DNA of 64,000 nucleotides, taken from the NCBI GenBank assembly GCA_949358305.1, contig OX442314.1, positions 11,346,001-11,410,000 of the forward strand, given 5' to 3'. A program made the translations under genes and the position numbers. Each line of letters begins with the position of its first letter. The stretch's first letter is position 1. This DNA is from Strigamia acuminata (lineage: Eukaryota). This document shows, piece by piece, positions 21,809-35,180 of this stretch. Under the pieces are notes generated by a model that was not told the DNA's origin, made no database searches, and saw nothing but the letters and a program-made list of their open reading frames with translations.

Positions 21809-22295
21809 CAGTGTTCCTTAACCAGGGGTGCATGAACCCCTTGGGGGTGTGAAATATCCCTCCTGAGGGTGCGAGACATAAGAAAATATCATTTCACTTA
21901 TATCGGTTGGAGCTGTGTTTTTCAAAGTTTGGTACAAATAAATCGGGTGCGTAATTGATTAATTATAAACTTGAATAGCTCCGTATTTTTGCAAAAGTAC
22001 GGTATTGTTTCCGTATTTAACCTCACTAACGATGAACGTACGCTTTGTTCGTTACATTAAATGTAAGAAACGAAAAACCGAAATTGTAATTGCTGACAAA
22101 AATGGCAGTTTTGAATAAGAGCCGCGGCTCTTAATCGATAAAATACGGTAGTTTGTGTTTTTGCAGTGATGTTGTGACGACTGCAATTTTCAGTGTTTAT
22201 GGTTTATAAAACTTGAACATCTTTTCGATGGAGGTGCGAGAAAATGTTGTGAGAACCTAAAGGGTGCCACACTTGAAAAAGGTGAAGAACCAGTG
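21809..22295. mobile_element. Non-autonomous hAT (Charlie/Buster-like) element with 8-bp TSD
   Basis: Termini CAGTGTTCCTTAACC...GGTGAAGAACCAGTG (11/15 inverted match, Charlie-type). Flanks GACTAAAG (21801-21808) and GACTAAAC (22296-22303). Internal GGGTGC subterminal motifs. Confidence 0.7.
21981..22150. mobile_element. Tc2/pogo-like MITE relic, copy 1 (inside the hAT element)
   Basis: Ends CCGTATTTT...AAAATACGG-TA with the internal palindrome TAAGAGCCGCGGCTCTTA. About 150 bp are shared with 33825-33979. Family assignment rests on TIR style only. Confidence 0.6.
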
Positions 22296-23778
22296 GACTA
22301 AACCCTGAATCTCCATGTAAAGCTGTGGATAGATATCAGTATTTTGAACACTATGTGGATTCAATTTCTCAACCTTAATCCCAATTGCCTAAAACTGTTA
22401 TGCATGTTTGATTTGTGTTATTATGTAATTATTTATGATTGTATGGTTTATTATCATGTAAACATTGATGTATCGATTGTTACCATAGTTGGAGTTGTTT
22501 TTCAACTGCCCAGCAATTGTTGTTGTTACTTGTACTTCTTATTGCTTTTCTCCATGTCTTTTTAGCCATTTCTAGACACCAGACCCAAACGAACGAGCCC
22601 GAAATCCTACATCCACCTCGGCCTGAAATTGCTATCTAGTTTCACATTTTACCCCTGAAAATTGTAATCATCTTGTATCAGCTGTTGGGGTTTAGTATTA
22701 TATTTAAGTGGGTGTGTTTCTGTATCCAGACAGGCTAGGCCTAATCACTAGGTGCACTGAGAAACCCTTTCTTCCGATCCCCCTTTCACTACCCCAAAAA
22801 ATACAACAAAAAAAAAACGAGTTAAAAAAGAAGTGAAAAAAACGTCGGTGGGTGCAAAGGGGAGAGCAGAATCTCTTTTCTTGGGCAAATCAGACTGGAT
22901 TTTCGCATTTCACCCCTTCCCTGCGCCTTTCCTTCCCTCGCCTTGTAAAGATGCAAATAACTTTTTTCCGCGATGGGAAAAACTTGGACACTGTATTGGT
23001 GGGGGTCATTCCTCCTCCCATGGCGGTAGGGAGGGCGCAGAAAGGGTGCAGACGTTGCACACACAAAAAAGGAGGAAAAAAGGGTTAGGCCCGCGGGCCT
23101 AGACAGTCTGGTGCGGTGGGGGTAAAGGGGTTGGTCGGGTTTCTCTCCCCTGCGCTATAATATAACTCCTCAGTTCCCTTAGAGTGCGAGAACAATGGCA
23201 GACGCCGGTTCTTTGCAATGCTGTTGAAGGTTTTGCTCGGGGACTGTGTCTCACCTTCCCCTTACCCTCCTCTTTGCCACCTTTCACACGACGGCCCGTC
23301 ATTCTAATGAGGTGAAGAGGTGGCGAGTGTGTACACCCCTCGTGCAAGGTTTCAGGGCCCCAGTTGAACAATCCTTTCCTGTGTAGACTGACACTGATAG
23401 ACAGCTGAAGTGGGCAGGAGAGAGAGAGTGTGTTGGTGAGGTCTCTTTTGCGTTCTAACACTCGTTATTAAGGTCTAATAAGGATATGGCGCTTGGATTA
23501 TGGTTTGGACGGTGGTTCTGCTTGCTGGAAGTGGTCTCTTTGGGTTTGTATGTTTTTTGTTTTTTTTGGGGGGGTGGGGGCTTTTTGGATGGAAATTTGG
23601 GGGTTTTGGGGTGGATTTTGTAGGTTAGGTGGTGGGGGAATGGGAATTAGGATGTTTGATTGCGTTTTTAGAGAGTGGTGGGACAGTTGTGGGATGTTGT
23701 GAGAGCCAAAGGCTTAGGGTGTTTGGTTTTTCGTGATATTTTTCAAAAGACAAGATTGTTTTATAAAGTAAACGTAGG

Positions 23779-23911
23779 TGGATATTGCGTCGACAAAATG
23801 AGCAGACATTAAATGTGTTGGCTAAATGTTAGTCGACAAAACGACTGTTGACAAAATGAATGCAAAGTCGACGTGGTGGTCAAAACGACCGTCGACTAAG
23901 TAGCAAATACC
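23779..23911. mobile_element. Degenerate MITE-like relic built from GTCGACAAAA(T/C)G subrepeats
   Basis: Five GTCGAC/GTTGAC-containing subrepeats and weak GG..CC inverted ends. Confidence 0.4.
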
Positions 23912-26639
23912 GAAATTAATTGTTTTTTTTTTACTCCAAAAAGTGGATTTTTTCTTATTTGGTTTATTTATATATGAAATATTATTCTTTTTTTTGCTTT
24001 ATCTAGCATTCTTGGGTCTAAAAATTAACATTTTTGTCTAAAATTTGCTTTTTTGTGCTTTGAAGAGAGTGATTTGTTGCAAAGAAGTGGATTAGGAAGT
24101 ATACTTTGATCTGTCTATACGTTTTTGTGGTTTATTTTGCTTATTTAGGTTAGTGTATTTGGCTAGAAAGTGGATAAAAGCTAGTTTTTAAGATATCGCA
24201 GCAATAAATCGACAATTTATGCTTGTACGTGTAAAAATACGTGTTTAAACTCGAGGAATAATTGAATTTTAATGTGAAAACACAAGGCACATGTCAATAA
24301 TCAAACCAATCATTAAAGCAACTCAATTTGCCCTGAAATTTCCATTCAATTTAGCGACGAAATGACGAAAATCGAGTCCTTAACGTGAAAAAAAGCATCG
24401 CATTATGATATAAAGCCGAGGGATTTTAATTCACCTGTGTCCACACCTGTTTTGGTCTCGTGCCGGGCAACGCGCGCCGACCGGGTCCGTGACTCCTTAT
24501 TTGTTGCTCGCGTGCCGATAAACAAGTCCACCCTCCTCGCTTGGCCGTCCTGACGAATTAACCCTTTGCGTCCACGGATAAAAGACTGGATACTGTAGCA
24601 TGGCAGGAGGTTGGTGATAAAAGGGGTGAGCAAGGGCCACGCCAGGCCAGAGTGGACCCCGACGACTTCACCTGGGCAATGAATAGAGAAGGCCGACTTG
24701 TTTACACGCCTTGTTTATCCTGTTTGTAGTAAACAGTCTTGTTTAGAGCTCCACCCAGTCGACAAGAGTCTTAGTCTTCTTTTTTCTTTTTTTTTTAATC
24801 CACCCCCTTTTCGTCGTGGCCAGTTTTTCAGCGTCTGCCGTATCATCCTTTTCTTTCTTTATGCTCGCCCCGCCATTCCTTAACGCGACGACGCGCGCGA
24901 GGCTAATGGCGATCAAAGATTTTCGCGCTCGCGTCCGACCTTTTATAATTTGTCATTTTTAAATGTCAAAAAGGGGGTGGGGATGAATGAATATGTTTTA
25001 TTTTGTGAAATAAAATGGCGGGTTTGGTTGGAGTGGGAATAAATGGAAATTTGGAGGTTAGGCCTAGTTGGGGGATGGTAAACGGCATTGGGAGATGTTA
25101 GTATTATTAGCAGGAAATATTCAATGATGTAGAATAATTATATAACTTAAATAAATAAATCAGTGTTGCTTAAATCAATTTGCTTTTGTCGTAAGTGCGT
25201 AAACTTTGCACGGGCAGCAATAATGTTAATAATTATCAATAAGTCAGATTAGGATAAGTCAAATTTGGATTTTAACTTTGAATGCACTTATATACACGTA
25301 AAACCATGGTATGAGATAACAGGCAATCATTGCTAGCTTCTGTAAAACGTAGCAATAACGTCGGGAAAACATCGGAACATAATTCTAAATGGTGGAGTGC
25401 TGAGTTTTGTTTAGTGTTGAATTTAGTGAAATTAGTGCGCCAATAATTTAATCTTTTTTAGTAAGATTGTGAAAATCAAAACGGTTTGAACACAAAACGT
25501 TAAAATTGCTCATTTTCTATGTTATTTCAATGGGAATTTAAACAATCTGTCGGTGCAGCGCAGCAAAGCTTTATGGGGGCGAAAGATAAATCCTGAAATT
25601 TTTCTGCGTGTAAACCAAACATCCAGTGTTATGATGATGTTCTTTATTCTGGAATATGTTTTTTTTTTTTTTTTTTTTAAAGTGATTGCATATGTAAATT
25701 TAGGCTTATATATGTAATTTTGTTTGTTTACAAGATGGGGATGGGAATAGATGGTAAAGCGCGCGCATCAGTGGATGAAATTTTGGCGTTTTGTTCGGAA
25801 CGTGATGTTCCAAGTGCAGTGTATGATTTAGGCGGTGTTAAAATGAGTATAATGGAAGGAATTAGTTGTAGATTCGAAGCTTTTGCTTGTTTGCCGTCGA
25901 GTGGCTTATAAAAGTGCGTCTTGTTTACTCCGCGCAGCAGAAAATGCGCGTGGCGCAAAATTGTTTCTACAATCACTTTCTCTCTCGAGTGAGATGTTTA
26001 TCTTGTATTTTTCTAAAGTACTTGTTTGCTGAAAAATTTTCGGTCGGTATACTCGTTTGATCTTTTTTTTTCTTTTCTTTTTTTCTTTTTTTTTTTTAAG
26101 GGAAAATAAGTTATTGAGTATTTTGTTTTTATTTTTATTTGTTTTTTTTGTATGTGAAGGGAAGAAAATTGTTTTGATCGTTGCTGTTCATTAATCAAAG
26201 AGATTCTCACTTATTGAGTCTATAGACAGTGTGGAAACAGAATCCTCTCACGGTGTGGGAATTTGGACACTGAATCCTTGTTGACTCAGTTTCGCATTCG
26301 CTTGTTTTCCCACACCGTCTAGTTCTTCTGTCGTGACGCGAGTTTACTTTTTACACAAGAATTGGTTTGTGTATCGTTAGCAATTCATTTGTCACAAATA
26401 AGATTAGAATTAATGCAACACGGACTCCCTCGCTTTCGCTCCTCTCTCTTTCTCACTCACACACGTCGGCCAAATGACGACAAAATGGCCGTATGTAAAT
26501 ATCCGAAACGCAAACAGATTTTATATTTTATAAAATTCCGTCTGGTTTATAATTATCACACACTTGTTTTGTAATAGAAAATTAAATGGTTTCTCGTTTA
26601 CTGAAAAATGCACGATTTTAGGGGAATTTTCGCTTGGTT

Positions 26640-27240
26640 TGTGAAAGTCAGGTTTATTTTATTGAAAGTCAGGCTTATTTTATTGAAATTTTATGCTTAT
26701 TTTAGTGAAATTTTATGCTTATTGTAGTGAAATTTTATGCTTATTTTAGTGTAATTTAGGCTTATTTTAGTGAAATTTAGGCTTATTTTAGTGAAATTTA
26801 GGCTTATTTTGTGAAATTTAGGCTTATTTTAGTGAAATTTAGGCTGCTTTTAGTGAATTTCAGACATTTGAGTAAAGTACACAATTATTTTTGTGAAATT
26901 CAAGCTTCTTTGAGTGAAATTGATGCTTACTGAAATTCAGGCTTATTTTAGTGAAATTCATGCATATTTTAGTGAAATTCATGCATATTTTAGTGAAATT
27001 CTGGCTGATTTTGTGAAATTCTGGCTTATCTTTAGTGAAATTCTAGCTTATCCTTAGTGAAATTCTGGCTGATTTTGTGAAATTCTGGCTGATTTTGTGA
27101 AATTCTGGCTGATCTTTAGTGAAATTCAGTTTTTTTAAATAAACTTTATGCCTATTTTAGTGAAATTTAGAGATATTTAATGAAATTAGGTTTATTTTAG
27201 CAAAATACATGCCGATTTTAGTAACATTTCAGGTGTATTT
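26640..27240. repeat. 21-bp minisatellite (GGCTTATTTTAGTGAAATTYW), array A
   Basis: More than 20 degenerate tandem copies. Confidence 0.9.
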
Positions 27241-28299
27241 TTCCAAAAATACGTTTTATTTACTTTAATTAAGCTCTTTGAATCCCTTGTATTCAAAAAT
27301 GTTGACGAAAAAATCCACGAAAATCCAAAAGAAATCCAAACCATCGTGTATAACAATATCAACTTACCTATCTGTGCGTCCTCGAAAATGATTGGCGGAG
27401 GCTCCTCCCAGTCCCTTCTCTCCGGTTTCGTCTCGCAAGTCAGTCGGTGGTCAACTGACAACGAGTCACGCGCTGCTCACGTGGCCAGAAGTGATGAAGA
27501 AGGGCGGAGTCGCTCATTTTTTCAACCCTATCAAGTACCTGAATCGAGGGAGAACCGAGAAGGGTCCACCAGGGAGAAATCATTCGAGGAACCTAAAAAA
27601 AAAAAAACTCAACGAGCCGAAAATAAAAAATAAAATAAAAAAATGTATGAAATCGAAACCGTGGAATCTCGTTGACCACGTGAAGATTGGTGTTGACCAA
27701 ACACTTTAGCCTCGAATTAACCCCCTCGATGACCCCGATGACCCGCGCTTCTTGCAACTGGAGTGCGCGCAACGTCTGCTGCAGCCAAATCCGGAGGGTG
27801 CACAAAGAGTTGAATTAGCGCACTTTTATCGGAGGAGATTGAAGGGTTAGGGAAGGGGTTTTGGTGTATGGAGTGTAGACTAAGTTGCAGCGGGGGTCTG
27901 CAAACGCGAGACGCCTAACGAGGTCGGTTGTTGAAGAAAACTCGTTTTGCATAAACTGAGGCTGAGCACCGGGCCTATTTTGCTCGTGCTGGTGATGAAA
28001 GGGTTGTGAGTGTGCTGTGGAATGGTGGATCGGTTTCCTGTACTAATTCTTAGATGGGGTTTTTATTTTTTTGGGTTTTTTTTTTTTATTTTTTATTTTT
28101 GAGTTGTTTTTTTAGGAGTAAAAAGGTGATGGGAAGTAAGTTTTGGAAGTTAATGGTCCAGTTTACGGTGGGGGGGTTCTTGTTGATGGGAATTTTTAAT
28201 TTCCTTCAGAGACACTTTGACGGCTTTGAATAAGTGAATCTGGACGTTAGTTGGTTTTGGAACTCGAAAATGTCTTGCTGGAGACTTATTTGGCTAAAT

Positions 28300-28700
28300 T
28301 TTTGGCTTTTATTAGCGAAATTCAGGCTTATTGTAGTGAAATTCAGGCTTATTGTAGTAAAATTCAGGTTTATTATAGTGAAATTCGGCTTATTGTAGTG
28401 AAATTCGGCTTATTGAAGTGAAATTCGGCTTATTGAAGTGAAATTCTGCATATTTTAGTAAAATTCTGGCTTATTTTGTTGAAATTTAGGCTTATTTTAA
28501 TTAAATGCAGACTTATTTTAGTGAAATTAAGGTTTATTTTAGCGATACTTTGTTTATTTTAGTGAAATTAAGGCTTATTTTAGCGATACTTTGCTTATTT
28601 TAGTGAAATTAAGGCTTATTTTAGCGATACTTTGCTTATTTTAATGAAATTCTGGCTTATTTCGGTAAAAATGATAATTATTTTGGAAATTCAAGCTTAC
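28300..28700. repeat. Same 21-bp minisatellite family, array B
   Basis: GGCTTATTKTAGTGAAATTC units in the same orientation as array A. Confidence 0.9.
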
Positions 28701-30339
28701 TTTAGCTTTAAAATGTTTAATTTTGTCTGAAAAGATTTGATTTTGTCGGGAAAATTGTTTAAATTGTTAAATACTTCAGAACTAGAGGACTAATGATTGC
28801 ATGATGTCTAGTAATGAAGGGTAATTACAGGGTTTGAATACATTGACTAGGAATTAAAAATTTATTATTTAAGGCGTAAAATGGTTGCAAAATGATATTT
28901 AATTTTCAATTTTTATTTGTTCGTATCAATTTAATGCTCTAATTGGCTATTGAATTCCACAATTTAGTTTATTTCACTTTTCTTAACAATTTTTTTCATT
29001 TCTTAATTTATTTACGGATTGTTAAATGCAGTGTCTTTACACGGGTAACAAAATTATTATGGCGCTCTGCATGGATAAGTTTACCTTTAAATGATAATTT
29101 TTTTTTGCACTTTAAAACGGGTTTGAGGATTTCATTGAAGGTGAGGATAAATGCGGAGAATATAATTGTAATTTAGTGTTATTTATTGAGTCGAATTTTT
29201 TTTTCCTTGAAAATATTTTCCGTTTTTAAATAATTAACGAATTTCATTGAATATTTAAACATTTTCGATCCGACGAAAGCAGGAAATTAAATAAATTTTT
29301 TTCTACTAATTTTTGGGGTATTATTATTATTACAGAACTAAATATTTACATTTATAGGTCGGTAAATTGTACGGTTGAAAAATGATAATAAACCATAAGC
29401 TTGGAATACGTAAAGATGACATTTGGCAATGCGAGTGTCATTCGAGATTAGAAGAAAGAAAAAGAAAAAGTGAAGGAAGTGAATATGTAATTTTTGAATT
29501 TTTTATAAGAGAAGAGGTGCTGATGTTATAGAACTGAGGTGTTTTTTTTTTCTTTTTCTTTTTCTTCATTCCACGGCCAAATGTACGTGTCAATCTCGTG
29601 TCTCATTACGATTTGTTAAGACGAGGAAGAAAATGGTGCAAGTTTAAAAAAAAAAAGGTGAAATGTTGGGATTGATACACCTTAAAAGGCGTAAGAGTTC
29701 TCAAATTCAATTTAGCACTTTTCAGTTAGAATGTGAAAATGTTCAGTTTTGACATTTGTCACCTTCATTCTCATTTCTAAGTTTAAAAAAAAAAAATACA
29801 TAAATCACTAACCAAGTTTGAAAAATGTCCATTTTAAAACTCCTCTCACTTTAATGGTTATTTATGCAATTTTGATTATTTAACATGAAATGAAACCCCA
29901 AAAAAATAAACAAAAATTTTAAAAAATGTATATATATATAAAAAAAAAAAAATTTAAATTTTATTTGAAGCCGACACCCACACACTTTTATTACTCCCAG
30001 ACCGATTCGTAAACCATATTTTTTCCCTTCGGAAAATAAAAATATTGGAATGAAACAAACGGCGTGCACACGGAGGCCATTTTCGCAGTGAAGATGAATA
30101 GGGCCGAGTGTTTTGAGATGGAAAATAGATGCAAGAAGGAATCGACTAAAGTTAAGATATGAGTTTGACGAGGAAGAGGAAAGGCAAGGCGTGTGTGAAA
30201 TTGGAAAGATATTGATCCCTGCAAGACCCCTGATTGGAAAGGGCGAACGAACGAACGAACGAACGAACGAGGCTTCTCTGCACAGCGCAGCACATACACA
30301 CTGATATATAGAAACGAGGCAAGTTTTATTAATTTCTCT

Positions 30340-31110
30340 ACAGGCCGCCGCCCAATTGCAAACTGGGCCGACTCGGCTCGGGCATATTGGTTCTCTTTCA
30401 CCCTCCACTCGCTGTGTATATTTCCATTTGGCGTACAGACAGTCGTTATTTTTTTTTCTTTTTATATATATTCCCTCGCATCCGCCTTGTAGCCCTAGCC
30501 ATGACGCGCCCATCAGCCCATTTTCGTGAACCCCTTTCGCTCATATCTGCATCTTCCGTTTTCCCCCCTCGGTGTCTTCCTGGTGCACGAACGGCATTGC
30601 GAGGCGTCAAAGGCTTAAAAATGCTCGTTCGGTTGCAAAGGGTTGCGACGAGGGGGCGTGACAGGCTGGAAAACGGTGACGTGGAGGGTCCACGCCCACT
30701 CGCATCGGACTGCGCGTCCATTGGCTGGCGACGGCACGCGACAAGGGCCCCGATTGGTGGTCACTGCGCGGCGCACGCGGGTCGCGAACCATGGCTGCAG
30801 GTTGAAGCGAAAACAAAACCCCGTTAGTACGAAGAGTGGCGGTCGCGTGCTGCTGATATGACGAGGGCGGAGGCTGCGGCGCATCGGCTGGCCGAGGGCA
30901 TCTTGGGAAGGGGAGAAGCCGCCTTGGTCCAATGGCGTCGCTGCCGGAAGGTAATGAGCATCTTGGCAGTGCGTGCGCCCGTAGGGAGGTTGGAGAAGTA
31001 AGGTTGTGTGTTGGGGGGTGGGGGTGGGGGGGGGGCAGAGACGCGCGCCTCGTCTTGTTGTGTTTGCGTTGGCCGGGAGCAGCAAACGGGATTACAAAGT
31101 GAAGGAGAAA
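30340..31110. promoter_or_regulatory. CpG/GC-rich promoter- or enhancer-like island
   Basis: High GC/CpG relative to the flanks. CCAAT boxes (ATTGG at 30720 and 30754; CCAAT at 30929), a GC box GGGCGG (~30865) and a G-run at 31013-31035. The overlapping ORFs have no recognisable homology. Confidence 0.5.
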
Positions 31111-33824
31111 TGCAGAGTAGATTTTTGGATGTGATCCATTTTTAATCTGCTGCATTTTCTCATTACTTTTTGCCAACCTTGAGCTACGCGCACAAATTCT
31201 TGGCTGAGGTGTGGTCGGTCTCTGGTTGACGTGCACCCGGCGTTCGAAATAATTGAAAAAGAGAATTGTTAATGAGTTTGTGTGTGTATAAACAAGAAAG
31301 TGAGTTTTAATTGCATCTGGAGTGTTTTTTTTTTTTGTTTTTTTTTTTGTTTTTTGGGGGATTGTATTTTCTCTGTTTCTGTTTTGTGATAATTAGTTTG
31401 TTTTAAAAATATGCGGATTTGTTTGGGGGGTTTTGGGGAATTTTATTTTTAAATTTTGGTTCTTCTAATCCGCATCATTGGAGGATTAAAGAGGTAGCTT
31501 GCGACTCGCTTTCGATCCTGTCACAAAGATTAATGCTGGAAACTGGCAATGGAGCATATCGACACCTGTCTCCATTCGTTCATCCATCAGACTGATGACA
31601 TTCCGTTGTTTTTTCCTATACTTTTTTAAGGGAAAAACAAGAAGAAAAAAATTACCTTTGAAAGAAGCAAACTCGCACTTGACTGCATGACTTGGTAACA
31701 ATGCAGGGAAGTTTTGTAAGCGAGGAATAATGTGTATACGAGAAGTCAAGCGTGCAGCATGCACATACTTCTTAATTTATAAATAAATGCGATATATAAA
31801 ATTAATCAATCCAATAAAATATATATAAAATTTGGAAATAATAATTTCTGTAGCAACGTAATTTAAATATATTTCGTAAAACGTCTAGAACGTGGGTGTT
31901 CCATTTCCAGTAATTTTGCCAATTGAACACCCGCGTTCTATTGGAGGATTCACGGTATATATATAAAAAAATATATAGAAATTGGATTCGCAGATGGAGA
32001 TTTGGAAAAAAAATTGTTTCGTTTGCAAAGCCACCAACTGACCTCATCACGTGAGTTGGAAACGATGCAACGCGATTGGTCGAAACAGTCGCCAAGGCTG
32101 TTTTCTCTTGAATATATTTAACCGACTTGCCTCCACCACCCTTCTCTCGCCATCGTCTTCGTGCACACCCTGAAGGGACAGTGTGTTAGCGTATAATTGA
32201 ATTTTTCCCTTTCTAATTCCGTGCGTGAAGAGAGCCGCATGAAAGCCCTATTCCTTTTACCTCCCCCTCACCTCATTTCAGTCCAGGCGCACTTGTTGAT
32301 TTTAAAAGAATGAAAAGAACTCGAGGATGAATGTGGAAAAAATAGACCAAACCCATCCCTCATTCTCATTCTCATTCCAATTCCTTTGCCTTTTTTCTTT
32401 ATTTCATCCCCCCCCCCGTCTCCCCCTCCCGTCTCCAACCATCCTCTGCTACCAACTTTTGGCAGTGAAAGATGTTGAGGGTTTTTTCTTCTTCTTTCCT
32501 TTCTTCTCCTTAATTTCCTTTGACTTCTTTTTCCTGTGCCTTAAGCAAGGTGTTGTTTGGCTTTGCTTATATGCAGGTGTTGGTGACAATTTTTAAAAAT
32601 ATTTTATTTTTTTTTTTTGGGTAAAAAGTTGCAAGTTTGTAGTAAGGGGGGTCAAAAGAGGACGGGGAGGGGACAGAATGCTGATGGTTCCTCGTTAGCA
32701 TGCTTAACAAGGCGGTTTGGTTTCAACGCGAAGAAATGTCATCTCCATGGAAACTGTGCATGGACCACACGTGTTTATCCCTCGTTTTTTTACTTTTGGT
32801 ATTTTTTTTTTAAGGGTGGTGGTGGATGGGGGGGGCAAAGATGTAACTTGTAAGCACGGAAGCACGCGCCATCAGTTGCTAAGATGCAGGAGGAGTAAAA
32901 TCCCCAAAGATGAAAGCAAAAGCTGAGACGTCAGTTTTGAAAAGTTAAAGAGAAAGGAAGAGAAAATGAAAAAATATTTTTTTTTTGTTATATATAAATT
33001 TGGGGAGGGAGAAATCATTATATTTTTTATTTTTTTTTTTATTTTTTGGGAAAGTCGACGAATGATGATTCGACAACCCCAGGGCCGGACAGAGATGAGG
33101 ATGGAGTCTCATTATCTCTGGGGTTCTAAGTTACATCGGGGATCTCCCTCATGAGTGGTAGATTTATGTATGCGAGATGGAAATTTTTGTTATTCGCAAT
33201 CTGAATTCATGTTGTGTATACATTTTATAGACTTGAGTACATTTGAATAATTTATTCCTTCCTAGGCACAGAGACCAAATCAATGGTTCGTAAAACGAAG
33301 CATAGAAAAAAATTATTTAAAACTTTTGCTGTTGGTTTTTTTATTTTTTTTATTTTTTTTTTATTTGTTGGAGAAGTAAAAGACAAATATATCTTACGGT
33401 TTCAGCATCACGTTAGAGTGGGTAACTTACTTTTAAAAGTTTGAGATGGTTTTAGTTAATTATTAAGTTGGAAAATTGTTAAAGCTGTGAAAAAATGACA
33501 GTTTATGGTGTTGTGGTTGTATCAAGTTGAAATATAAATAAACAAATATAAAATATGCTCGTTGCTGCCAGGAGAAAATAACATGGTATTCTATCGAAAC
33601 CTTTTTTCTCAGATTTATGTGATTCCGAACGTATTTCCCTGTGTTGATTTTGTAATGATTTTTTATTTCACCACAGTTGAAGTTCTACTGTTTTTTTTTT
33701 AAAGTGAAAATATAGATAAAACAATGCTCTTTCAAGCTAGTTTCTTTTTTTTCCATCAAAGTTTACTCATTATTTTGCTAAAGCACTTTATTATGACATT
33801 TTCAGTTTAAGGTGGTCATGATTC

Positions 33825-33979
33825 CAAAAGTACGGTATTGTTTCCGTGTTTTCATGACGTTCAGACTTCGTTTCTTACATTAAACAAATGTAACAAACGA
33901 AAAATCGAAATTGTAATTGCTGACAAAAATGGCAGTTTTGAATAATAGCCGCGGCTCTTAATCGATATAAGATACGATA
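33825..33979. mobile_element. Tc2/pogo-like MITE relic, copy 2
   Basis: CAAAAGTACGGTATTGTTTCCGT...GAAATTGTAATTGCTGACAAAAATGGCAGTTTTGAATAA.AGCCGCGGCTCTTAATCGATA is shared with 21992-22140. Confidence 0.65.
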
Positions 33980-34844
33980 TGCTATTTTTGTATGGGGAGA
34001 TTAAGACTAAGACTAAGCCGCTTTGCGAACGCCGTTAGTGATTTGAAAAATTAAGATATACAAATTCAGCACCTTGTTACACATAATTTTTGGTTTTAAT
34101 TCCGTCGTTAAGAACGTCATGACGTTAGTTATCGACGTTGTATAGTGAGACCGGCCCTGGAGTTGAAATTCTAATTTAGACAGATATTGATTTATAATTT
34201 AACGAGGAAAAAAATCAATTTGGTGTGTCTAGTTCTGCAACCTCATGCGCTTTAAAATTTAGATTTTTACTTTAATTTAACGAATGCGGATAAGGCATCT
34301 TATAAATGCGAGATGCACACGTTAATTGGATGTTAGGCTCCATAAAATTTTATTGGAGATTGATTAGCAATTTTTGTAATTGATAATTAAAAAGCAATTT
34401 AGGAAATTATTTCGCAGCGCTGCCATATTTTTGCACATTAATTCGAGTCACATTGATGCTTTAAGATCTTAAAATTTGTAATATTCTTGCAGCAGTTGAA
34501 TTTTTAAATTGTTTTTAAGTTTTGGCTTTATAAATGGAGTGAAAGAGTGTGAATGCAGGTGGTGATTGCGACGGGCAAGGCAAAAATATGAAGGAATAGG
34601 GTATGTTGGGTCGAATGAAGATGGAAGAGGCGCACGGGCTTGCAGGAATTATGGGAAATCGGGCTGCATGAGGCAAATTGGAAGATCCAACTCGGATCGA
34701 AGTCTGATCAAGCTTTGATCAAATTGGAGTCAAATTTCTTGATTTAATTAAGTTTTTTCTATGGGTTTCGTCGAAGACGGATCTTTATTTAAAAAGCTGA
34801 TTTATGCTATTGAAATAATGTGATTGTTTAAGTGTTTTAAGCAA

Positions 34845-35175
34845 TTAGAAATACAACAAATTTATTAAGAGCAATTAGTAATTCAATAATTGATAATAAA
34901 AACAATTGTGAATTCAAAAATTGAAATAAATAATAATTGTGAGTTCAAAAATTGAAAAGAAAAACAATTGTGAATTCAACAATTGATTAAAAAATAATTG
35001 AGAATTCAACAATTGATGTAAAATGATTGTGAATTCAACAATTGATGTAAAACAATTGCAAGAATAACAATTTGAAATGTAAAAATTTATTATAACAATT
35101 AGAAATACAGCAACAGTTGATGAATAAGCATTTGAAATGTAACAATTGATGAATAGCAATAGGAAATGCAACAAT
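34845..35175. repeat. Degenerate ACAATTG-based minisatellite, split by the copia insertion (continues at 40039-40075)
   Basis: AACAATTGATG/AACAATTGTGAATTC units occur on both sides of the retrotransposon. Confidence 0.75.
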
Positions 35176-35180
35176 TGGAT

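Noticed and set aside
25720..25911. 63-aa protein-looking ORF after an acceptor-like site
   Set aside because: No recognisable domain and no linked exons; cannot be supported without a homology search.
29851..31236. Several 130-220 aa overlapping ORFs
   Set aside because: Expected in GC-rich DNA; they run through microsatellites, lack motifs and occur in many frames at once.
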